DNA of 17,403 bases from Candidatus Bathyarchaeum sp. (GTDB lineage: Archaea > Thermoproteota > Bathyarchaeia > Bathyarchaeales > Bathyarchaeaceae), in assembly GCA_026014495.1 (NCBI GenBank), contig JAOZIF010000089.1:2020-19422 (forward strand), given 5' to 3'. Both the position numbers and the translations under genes were made by a program. The notes below the pieces were generated by a model. The model was not told the origin of the DNA. It made no database searches and saw only the letters and a list, made by a program, of their open reading frames with translations. Numbering within the stretch: position 1 is the first letter of the stretch; every line of letters starts with the position of its first letter. Below, piece by piece: positions 1 to 6,878 of the stretch.

Positions 1-53
1 ATGCCTGACTTGCACTCAGGAGGCCGCGGGTTCAATTCCCGCTCGGTCCACCA
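1..53 (+). tRNA. tRNA-Ala(UGC), 3' part (5' end outside window), CCA encoded
   Basis: Anticodon stem CCTGA(4-8)/TCAGG(16-20) with loop CTTGCAC (anticodon TGC 11-13). T-arm GCGGG-TTCAATT-CCCGC (26-42). Acceptor 3' strand TCGGTCC with U70 (Ala G3:U70 identity), discriminator A50, CCA 51-53. Confidence 0.95.
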
Positions 54-86
54 CTTCAATTAACAAACAAAGAGATTTTTCAGTAT

Positions 87-105
87 TAGTCAAGGTTCCT
101 TAACT
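87..105 (+). promoter_or_regulatory. Degenerate distal palindrome (TAGTCAA-N6-TTAACT) upstream of NosD-like gene
   Basis: 16/19 identical to the reverse complement of 8659-8677; same order relative to the downstream gene. Confidence 0.55.
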
Positions 106-117
106 TTGAAAGATGTA

Positions 118-151
118 TTTTGGTCAATGTTTCTTGACAAAAATCCTTTTC
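118..151 (+). promoter_or_regulatory. 34-bp conserved upstream block with GTCAATGTTTCTTGAC palindrome (123-138), copy 1
   Basis: 33/34 identical to the reverse complement of 8602-8635 (118-144 exact). Both copies lie 5' of a beta-helix surface-protein gene in the same relative orientation. The repeat is certain; the regulatory role is inferred. Confidence 0.75.
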
Positions 152-183
152 AAATTTGTTCAGATAATAGGGTATTAGAGAAA

Positions 184-1212
184 ATGAAAAACCACAAAAG
201 GATACAGGTAATGTTTCTGGTTATTTTTGTTGTTTTGGTGTCATTTCAGCAAATTGCGGTAAATGGACAATCTAATACGATTGTTGTTCCAGACGATTAT
301 TCCTTTATCCAAGAAGCTATTGACAATGCCCTAGAGGGAGATACAGTTTATGTGAAGAAAGGGATTTATCATGAAAATTTGGGGATAAATAAATCAATTT
401 TTTTGATTGGAGAAGATAGGGATTTGACAATAATTGATGGAAATACTTCCCAAAGTTATCGAGTGCCAATAAACATAAATTGCTACAATGTCACTGTTTC
501 GGGTTTCACGCTCAGGTATGGTTATGCTGGAATCCAATTTCAGGGAGGGGAAAATTGCACTATTTCGGGCAACAAAATAGCCGATGCTCAATTTGGGATT
601 CGAGGTGGAACATGGAATAACATAACTGATAACACTTTTGAGAATATCGGACTTGGAGGTGCAATACGATTTGATGGTTCAACTCATAATATTGTTCAAA
701 AAAACTTCATCAAGTCTTGTACTGAGGGGGTCCAAGTTATGTGGGGAAGCGACTTAAACACAGTTTCCGAGAATACAATAATTGGATGCGAAGATGTTGG
801 AATAAGACTGCAAGAATCTGACGGAAACATAGTTACAAGAAATATTGTAAGAAACACAGGAGTTGGCATCAGCATATACATTGCTAATAACAATGAAATT
901 ATTAAAAACAATTTCATTAACAATACAATAGAAGTTGGAGCTGATGAATGGTATGCTCGGCAATGGGGATATGGGTATTCTATAAACAAGTGGGAACAGA
1001 ATTATTATAGTGATTATAACGGGACAGACGCAGACAGTGATGGAATAGGAGAAACATCCTATTTGATAAATGAAAAAAATCAAGACAACTATCCACTTAG
1101 TGAACCGATGGAATTACCAGAGATTCCAGAGTTTCATTCATGGACAATTTTTCCTCTCTTATTGATAGGCAGTTTGGCTGTTATTGTCGTTAAAAAAAGA
1201 CTGTTTAGTTAG
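184..1212 (+). CDS. Secreted NosD-like parallel beta-helix surface protein with PEF-CTERM anchor
   Basis: ORF 106-1212. ATG at 184 preferred because it yields the signal peptide MKNHKRIQVMFLVIFVVLVSFQQIAVNG. Motifs VPDDYSFIQEAID, repeated N-x-I-x-x-N coils, DADSDGIG; C-terminus IPEF + TM helix + KKR. Confidence 0.9.
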   Translation: MKNHKRIQVMFLVIFVVLVSFQQIAVNGQSNTIVVPDDYSFIQEAIDNALEGDTVYVKKGIYHENLGINKSIFLIGEDRDLTIIDGNTSQSYRVPININCYNVTVSGFTLRYGYAGIQFQGGENCTISGNKIADAQFGIRGGTWNNITDNTFENIGLGGAIRFDGSTHNIVQKNFIKSCTEGVQVMWGSDLNTVSENTIIGCEDVGIRLQESDGNIVTRNIVRNTGVGISIYIANNNEIIKNNFINNTIEVGADEWYARQWGYGYSINKWEQNYYSDYNGTDADSDGIGETSYLINEKNQDNYPLSEPMELPEIPEFHSWTIFPLLLIGSLAVIVVKKRLFS

Positions 1213-1323
1213 TAGCTCATAAAAATGTACAACGATGTACCTATAGGAAATACAACTTTGCTTTGAATATTCGTGGAGACCAAACTAATGAAACGCATTG
1301 GTTTTGATGAAAAATACAGTTTT

Positions 1324-1350
1324 GGGTTCAATTCTCGCTCTGTCCACTAC
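1324..1350 (+). repeat. Degenerate direct repeat of the tRNA-Ala 3' end (att-like)
   Basis: GGGTTCAATTCTCGCTCTGTCCACTAC vs GGGTTCAATTCCCGCTCGGTCCACCAC (28-54): 24/27 identical. Confidence 0.8.
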
Positions 1351-1431
1351 ACTCTCCAAAGGTAGTATACTAATGGTCATGTGAACTTTTGTAGCAAACG
1401 TGTGCTGTGCAGAAAATTTCAGAAAAAAAGT

Positions 1432-1471
1432 TAGTTTTCAACAATGAACTACTATTAGGAAACTAATATGC
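1432..1471. repeat. 40-bp intergenic motif, copy A
   Basis: 33/40 identical without gaps to 11540-11579; contains TTCA-acaa-TGAA and TATTAG-gaaa-CTAATA palindromes. Confidence 0.8.
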
Positions 1472-1634
1472 CGCACAGAAGTGTGAATAAACTGTAGCCA
1501 ACAACAGAGTGATTCTACCTCATTAGGTTTCTAATTTGGATTTGTGGTTGGGTTTTGTGTTATGGATTTGTGTGTCGGAATGTATTTTTAGTGTTTGGAG
1601 AAGGATTGGGTTGAGTGTGTATGAGGGGTAGTTT

Positions 1635-2363
1635 GTGAGGGTTTTGAAGAGTCTTTTGGTTTTGTTTTCGTTGTTTTGTGGTGTTTTGATGTGTTCGGGT
1701 TTGGTTTTTGCTCAGTCGGGGGTTGTTGGTGTTTCTGAGGGTGATTGGTTTAGTTATGGGTTTAGTTTTGAGTGGTACTCGGATGACGCTAACATGACTG
1801 TTCCAGAGGAGGATGTTTTTGATTATTTGATGGAGGGCGAGTTGATCATGTTTGAGGTTTCTGAGGTTTTGGGCTCAAATGTTACTGGCCAGTTTGAAAT
1901 AAATTACGAGAATGGAACACAGCAAATCATATCGGGCTGGGTTGATGTGACTACAGGAGAGGGAGAATTTGGGAACTGGCTTATTTCTTCAGGCCTAGAC
2001 GCAAACGATTTCACTTATCAGTCAGACTTTGGCGAGGCTATAAATGAGACATTGATGTTTTCGTCGCAACTGGGTTTGAGAGAAACAAACCATATTGAAT
2101 ACTCGTTTGGCAACACTACAGACGACGACTATTATTACGTGTTTAGCGTGAACATGTACTGGGACAAAGAAGTTGGCGTCCTTGTTGAAATGTCGTTTGA
2201 TGGAGAAATGATGGCAGACGGAAACTTGACTACGGCGTATGGAGGATGGAAACTTGCTGAATCAAGCATTGAACATATACCAGAATTTTCTGCGCCAGTA
2301 GTAGTTGGGAGTTTTGTTGCAGCTACGATTGCAATTTTTGCAATTAAGAAGCGCATACACTGA
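1635..2363 (+). CDS. Acidic secreted surface protein with PEF-CTERM anchor, unknown function
   Basis: GTG start with GAGGGG SD; N-terminal hydrophobic signal ending VFAQS; D/E-rich body; C-terminus HIPEF + TM + KKRIH. Confidence 0.85.
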   Translation: MRVLKSLLVLFSLFCGVLMCSGLVFAQSGVVGVSEGDWFSYGFSFEWYSDDANMTVPEEDVFDYLMEGELIMFEVSEVLGSNVTGQFEINYENGTQQIISGWVDVTTGEGEFGNWLISSGLDANDFTYQSDFGEAINETLMFSSQLGLRETNHIEYSFGNTTDDDYYYVFSVNMYWDKEVGVLVEMSFDGEMMADGNLTTAYGGWKLAESSIEHIPEFSAPVVVGSFVAATIAIFAIKKRIH

Positions 2364-2405
2364 CGGCATAGTGGCCAAAAGATTTGTTTCTTGACCGGTT
2401 TGCAG

Positions 2406-2603
2406 TTAGATAGTATCTAGTAACTTTTTGAAGGAGTCCTTTTTTTCTCGCAGTTGGTCTAGCTCTTTTTCCAGCGAGTCGATTTTGGTTTTTGCTTGTT
2501 CTTTGAGTTCTTCCAGTTCTGCTGTGAGTTCAAGTTTTTCGAGTTGGAGTTTTGTGACCTTGTTTCGTATTGCTTTCAAGGTTTGCATAAGTTGCGTGTT
2601 CAT
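2406..2603 (-). CDS. Small coiled-coil protein (65 aa)
   Basis: ATG preceded by GGGG SD; continuous L/E/K heptad pattern. Confidence 0.7.
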   Translation of the reverse strand: MNTQLMQTLKAIRNKVTKLQLEKLELTAELEELKEQAKTKIDSLEKELDQLREKKDSFKKLLDTI

Positions 2604-2777
2604 CCCCTTTTTTTGAAGTGGTGAGGGCTTTAGCTTTGAACTAGTATAGGAGGCGCTAAAAAAGTATTGGGTTTAGATGTTTTGTGGTGTTTAGGCAACA
2701 TAAATAATTAAATTTTTAGTTAAATCCATAGTTAAACTTTAATAGTAAATAATTCAACTAAAAACTGAGGGAAAAAA

Positions 2778-3014
2778 ATGGCATGGACCACAAACACGGT
2801 AACCCAAAACGGAAACACAACAGTAACTTGGCAAATCTCTGGCAGCGCCTTATCAACACATGACTGCGTTGTCTTGAAACCCACTTCAGGAAGCTCAGGA
2901 GTAAAAATAACAAGCATAACAGTTTACCGAGACCCCACACGCTACAGCGTCACAGTGCAGGTAGTCGGCTCAGCTGCAATGGCGTACCGCTTTGCTGCTG
3001 AACAAATGGATTGA
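2778..3014 (+). CDS. Small Thr/Ser/Val-rich predicted all-beta protein (78 aa), unknown function
   Basis: ATG with GAGGG SD after an AT-rich promoter region; alternating beta-strand pattern; no signal peptide. Confidence 0.75.
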   Translation: MAWTTNTVTQNGNTTVTWQISGSALSTHDCVVLKPTSGSSGVKITSITVYRDPTRYSVTVQVVGSAAMAYRFAAEQMD

Positions 3015-3023
3015 GGTGAAAAA

Positions 3024-3209
3024 ATGCAAATAAAGGTTCTAAAAGACGCTAAAGGAAAAGTCTTAGCAACTGTTGACCAAACAGTAAACCCGCTGGTGCA
3101 AGTCGAACCTGTCGCTACAAAAGGGGAAAAAATAGAACTAAACGTCGAAGCAACAAAAAATTACGAATACAACTTGCCTACGTTCTACAAAAAAGTTGAA
3201 AAGCGCTAG
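3024..3209 (+). CDS. Small basic partner protein (61 aa), unknown function
   Basis: GAGGTGA SD overlapping the upstream stop; 9-bp gap; followed by a T-tract. Confidence 0.75.
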   Translation: MQIKVLKDAKGKVLATVDQTVNPLVQVEPVATKGEKIELNVEATKNYEYNLPTFYKKVEKR

Positions 3210-3343
3210 AAGCGCTGATTCCCCCACTTTTTTTGCAAAACTAGTTTAGATAATGTAAATGTTGTCAGAGCACATTTATTGCATGCGGTTCCAGAAAGCT
3301 TTAAGCGGTAATCAAATTATCCTATGTTGGGGCGTGCAAATTA

Positions 3344-3625
3344 TTGAGAATGCGAACTTTTTTGGCCTATTTTCATGTAGTGAACTTTGTGATTATGATT
3401 TGTGTTACGGCCTATGTTTTGTCTAGTTTTTGGGGACAAATTCAGGATTGGTGGGTAGCCATTTACAGTTATTATTTGATACTGGGATGTTCAGGCGTAG
3501 TTGTTTCTATGTGGATTGCAATAGATGGAAAACGCTTAGAGCGCTACGCGGTCAAGATAAAAAGCTTAGAAAAGAAGCTTAACAATCTGGAAAAGAAGAT
3601 TAAATTGATAAAACCGCGCAGCTAG
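3344..3625 (+). CDS. Small membrane protein (2 TM + basic coiled-coil tail)
   Basis: Two hydrophobic segments then KIKSLEKKLNNLEKKIK; start may be ATG 3350; overlaps the convergent R15P isomerase stop by 4 nt. Confidence 0.6.
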   Translation: MRMRTFLAYFHVVNFVIMICVTAYVLSSFWGQIQDWWVAIYSYYLILGCSGVVVSMWIAIDGKRLERYAVKIKSLEKKLNNLEKKIKLIKPRS

Positions 3626-4560
3626 GTTGCAAATATCCACGGGTACTTTCTGTTTATCAATTCAGATATCGAGTCTGGAGAAACTACACCCTCTTCGCAT
3701 ATTATTCCATGAATAAATTCTCGTCTAGTAACATCAAATGCAGGATTTCGTATAATCAACCCAGAAGGAGGAGATTCCCAGACCTCTTTGGAGCTTCTTT
3801 CTTCAATTTTTTCATAATCACCAAGAACAGTTGCAGGGTCAAACTTCAACAGCTCCGAAACCACATAAAACGGTGTTCGCGCCTCCTTAGCGGCAAGGGC
3901 AACCATGCTTGTCCCTATCTTGTTTATGACATTACCTTCAGAGGTTATGGCATCAGCGCCCACCACAACCAAATCAATTTCGTTCATGAAAAGCCGCACC
4001 GCAGAATCAACAATCATGGTTGTTTTGATGTTGGAGTCTAACATTTCTTTTGCAGTTAGTCTGCCCTGAAAAACAGGTCTTGATTCGGTGCAAACCACTT
4101 CAAAGGTTTTTCCATCCAGCTTAGCCTTGCGCAGCATATTAGTGACTGTTGAAGAGTGGCAGTGAGTGAGAACCCGTGAATTATTGGAAATTCTTTTGGA
4201 ACCAATAGCCGCAATCTTTTCTTTTGACTGTTCAAGGCGCTCCAAAAATTGGCTGGTAACTTGGGAAACCACAACCGCCAGTTCTTGAACATCTGTTTTG
4301 TTGCTGGATTCCACAGCCTGAATCACATAGCGAACGGCATTTCTCATTAGCGGCTCTGTTGCCCTAGAAGCAAAAAGAAGCTCTTTAGCCTCGAGTAATT
4401 CATTCAGAAACCCAGTTTTAGTTTTCGCCTTGGATTGTGTCACAGCTTCTTTAACAGACGTTATAGCCGCTATTGCCACATTTCGTGCACCCTGAATTTC
4501 AAGCTGCTTTATTCGTTTTGCCGTATCAGAAATTAAGTCATGCAAACCACAATCCCCCAC
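3622..4560 (-). CDS. e2b2: Ribose-1,5-bisphosphate isomerase (eIF-2B/MTNA family)
   Basis: IQGARNVA, ASRATEPLMRN, THCHSS (catalytic Cys), CTESRP, VVGADAI (catalytic Asp), NKIGT, NPAFDVT; same window as AMP phosphorylase and form III RuBisCO. True start may be TTG at 4545. Confidence 0.9.
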   Translation of the reverse strand: MGDCGLHDLISDTAKRIKQLEIQGARNVAIAAITSVKEAVTQSKAKTKTGFLNELLEAKELLFASRATEPLMRNAVRYVIQAVESSNKTDVQELAVVVSQVTSQFLERLEQSKEKIAAIGSKRISNNSRVLTHCHSSTVTNMLRKAKLDGKTFEVVCTESRPVFQGRLTAKEMLDSNIKTTMIVDSAVRLFMNEIDLVVVGADAITSEGNVINKIGTSMVALAAKEARTPFYVVSELLKFDPATVLGDYEKIEERSSKEVWESPPSGLIIRNPAFDVTRREFIHGIICEEGVVSPDSISELINRKYPWIFAT

Positions 4561-4580
4561 TAAACATAGCTATACTAACC

Positions 4581-4603
4581 ATTCAGTGGCTTAAAAACTG
4601 AAT
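4581..4603 (-). promoter_or_regulatory. TATA-like box (TTTTAAG on minus strand) flanked by inverted repeat ATTCAGT-N9-ACTGAAT
   Basis: Perfect 7-bp inverted repeat enclosing the TATA-like box, about 30-50 nt upstream of the R15P isomerase start. Confidence 0.5.
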
Positions 4604-4632
4604 TCTACGAGATAAAAAAAGAAAGAACACAT

Positions 4633-4655
4633 GGGACGTTAAAAAACTGCGTCCA
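4633..4655 (-). terminator. GGACG/CGTCC hairpin followed by T-rich tract after the serA-like gene
   Basis: Stem 4634-4638/4650-4654, 11-nt loop, just after the stop, then TTCTTTCTTTTTTT on the minus strand. Confidence 0.5.
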
Positions 4656-4661
4656 CCAATT

Positions 4662-5576
4662 CTAGCCACGCTTTTTGGAGTTCACATGCTCCTCGATTGC
4701 TTTGATTACGCCTTCGCCCTTCTCTTCGATGGCTTCGTGAGTCTGACCAATACTATGCGGCGTAACGATAGCACGCTCATGTTGAATCAAACTGTTTGCC
4801 AACTCATCATCAAATGGAGTTTTAGAAACAAGAACATCCAAAGCTGCCCCAACTTTGCCAGCCTCTAGAGCATCCAGCAACGCTTTTTCGTTTATGATAC
4901 CGCCTCGTGCAGTGTTAACAAGAAAAACGCCATCCTTCATTTTGGCGATTTCTTCTGCTCCAATAAGGTCGCATGTTCCACTGGTTAACGGACAGTTAAC
5001 AGACATGAAATCGGAGGTTCTTAGGAGTTCATCTAAAGAAACAATAGATACTCCAGGAGCATCTTGAATGCATGGATCAGAAACAATAACTTTCATTCCC
5101 AGAGCAGAACCTAAACGAGCAACTTCTCGCCCAATTTTGCCGCATCCAACAATTCCCAAAGTTTTTCCAGTAACCCTGCAGCCAATCAGGGACGTTTTCT
5201 TCCATTCTCCACGCTTCATGGACCTGTCTCCTTCGACAAGGTTTGTGGCATGCGCAAGAATGTAGGCGATAACGCCCTGTGCAACATCATATGATTGTGC
5301 GGGAACATTGTGGAACTTGATTCCGTGTGCGTTCAGACAGTCTAGGTCAATGTGGTCAATACCGTGGGTTGCGGTTATGACGCATTCAAGGCTTTTCATG
5401 ATGTCTACTAGTTCTTTGTTTACTTTTGTTTTGCTTCGGACAACAAGTATGGTAACCTTGTCTAAAGGTAAACTGTAATCGATGTCACTTGTTTGGAAGA
5501 CTTTCCCAAACTTGGATAATCTATCGAGAAACTCTTTGCCGAAGTTGTCGCACACAAGAATTGTATGGTTGCTCAT
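4662..5576 (-). CDS. serA: D-2-hydroxyacid dehydrogenase, D-3-phosphoglycerate dehydrogenase-like (no ACT domain, divergent active site)
   Basis: VVRSKTKV, Rossmann GIVGCGKIG...SDP, NTARGG, AALDV, TPH; catalytic Glu not conserved (see findings), so the substrate is uncertain. Confidence 0.8.
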   Translation of the reverse strand: MSNHTILVCDNFGKEFLDRLSKFGKVFQTSDIDYSLPLDKVTILVVRSKTKVNKELVDIMKSLECVITATHGIDHIDLDCLNAHGIKFHNVPAQSYDVAQGVIAYILAHATNLVEGDRSMKRGEWKKTSLIGCRVTGKTLGIVGCGKIGREVARLGSALGMKVIVSDPCIQDAPGVSIVSLDELLRTSDFMSVNCPLTSGTCDLIGAEEIAKMKDGVFLVNTARGGIINEKALLDALEAGKVGAALDVLVSKTPFDDELANSLIQHERAIVTPHSIGQTHEAIEEKGEGVIKAIEEHVNSKKRG

Positions 5577-5731
5577 TTTCTACTCACATACTATTTTTTT
5601 GCCGTTTTTGGAGATGCAGTTTGGGAAATCCACTGAACTAATGAAGAGTCCCTCATGCCAAACAGCTCTTTAGCTCAGGGAGAGAGCGCAACGCATTATT
5701 TAAGCATTTATGGATTGATTAAACCCTTTAG

Positions 5732-6814
5732 CTAAATGCTCCATCCAAGACCAGACAAGACTCCCGCTAGGGATTCTAGCATGGAATCTATTGTCTCAAA
5801 TGGCATGTAGCCCATGTTACCTATACGGAATGTGGCGTTTTGTATGCTTCCATAGCCTTTTGCAAGCTCAAAGCCTTCGTCACGCATCTTCTCGTAAACT
5901 GCAACACCATCAACTCCTGGTGGAGCGTTTACACAGTTTACGGTTGGGCTTTCGTACCCGCTCTTGGGGAACATGGTTAGTCCAAGTTTTTGGATGCCTT
6001 CTCTGATGCGGCGGTTGCGTTCTGCGTAAAGGTCAAAGAACCACTGTTTTCCTCCATTCTTTTCAATCACATCAAGAATAGCGTGTAATCCAGCAATCTG
6101 AGGAATCGTTGAAGTCATGGGCGTGCCCTTCTTTTGCTGATATTTTTCCCACACCTTAAAGTCAAAGTACCAGCCCTTATTTTTTGCAGTTTCAGACGCT
6201 TTGAGGGCATCTTTGCTTACGCTTCCCACGCTTAATCCAGGAGGAACCCCAAAACATTTCTGTGAACTGGAAAAGCACACATCCAAGCCCCACTTGTCAA
6301 CATCGATTCTGGTTCCGCCCATGGAACTTACACAGTCAACAAGCAACAGTTTGCCATGACTTTTTACTACGCCAGCCAGCTCTGCTAAGTGGTTCATTAA
6401 ACCAACACTTGTTTCGTTATGGGTTACAGAAACAGCCTCAACATCCTTGGTCTGGGACAGCTTCTCATCAAGCAAATCTGGAGTAATAGGTTCACCTAAA
6501 GGAACTTCGAGTGGTTCCACCTGTTTTCCGTTTGCGGTTCCGGTCTCGGCAAACCTTTCACCGAAGTTTCCACAGATACAAGAAAGCATCTTCTTGTTTA
6601 CACAGTTTAGTACAGACGCTTCCATGAATCCAGAGCCAGTGCTCGAAAACAGGAAAACCTCATTTTGTGTTCCCATGAACCGCTGCAGCATCTCCACGGT
6701 TTCAACATGCAGTTTCTTGTATTCTGCACTGCGGTGACTAACCATTTGCATACCCATTGCCTTTAGAACCTCTGGGTAGCAGGCAACAGGACCAGCAGTA
6801 AACAACTTCAACAA
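5732..6814 (-). CDS. Class V PLP aminotransferase (serine-pyruvate/serine-glyoxylate/archaeal phosphoserine aminotransferase family)
   Basis: FTAGP, SHRS, HNETSVG, VDCVSSMGG, SSQK(PLP)CFGVPPG, FRIGNMG; GGTGA SD before TTG. Confidence 0.92.
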   Translation of the reverse strand: MLKLFTAGPVACYPEVLKAMGMQMVSHRSAEYKKLHVETVEMLQRFMGTQNEVFLFSSTGSGFMEASVLNCVNKKMLSCICGNFGERFAETGTANGKQVEPLEVPLGEPITPDLLDEKLSQTKDVEAVSVTHNETSVGLMNHLAELAGVVKSHGKLLLVDCVSSMGGTRIDVDKWGLDVCFSSSQKCFGVPPGLSVGSVSKDALKASETAKNKGWYFDFKVWEKYQQKKGTPMTSTIPQIAGLHAILDVIEKNGGKQWFFDLYAERNRRIREGIQKLGLTMFPKSGYESPTVNCVNAPPGVDGVAVYEKMRDEGFELAKGYGSIQNATFRIGNMGYMPFETIDSMLESLAGVLSGLGWSI

Positions 6815-6851
6815 TATTTCACCTATCTACTTGTAAAACAAGAAAAATAAG

Positions 6852-6864
6852 TATTAAACCTTTC
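6852..6864 (-). promoter_or_regulatory. BRE-TATA promoter of the aminotransferase (GAAAGG-TTTAATA)
   Basis: Canonical archaeal BRE + TATA about 38 nt upstream of the start. Confidence 0.55.
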
Positions 6865-6878
6865 AGCCACAACTAAAG

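Noticed and set aside
106-183. N-terminal extension of the first ORF from TTG 106
   Set aside because: It overlaps the conserved promoter block and precedes a clean signal peptide starting at ATG 184.
184-1212. Role in nitrous-oxide reduction (NosD)
   Set aside because: No nos genes nearby; the domain is a generic beta-helix common in archaeal surface proteins.
3622-4560. Translation factor eIF-2B subunit assignment
   Set aside because: Catalytic Cys and Asp of R15P isomerase are present and the pathway partners are in the window.
5609-5680. GGAGATG...CTAATGA and CACTGAA...CTCAGG resembling fluoride or glycine riboswitches
   Set aside because: Required pairings are missing, and on the plus strand it is antisense to the adjacent genes.
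5664-5700. TAGCTCAG-GG-AGAGAGC resembling a tRNA D-arm
   Set aside because: No pairing anticodon stem, T-arm or acceptor 3' strand follows.
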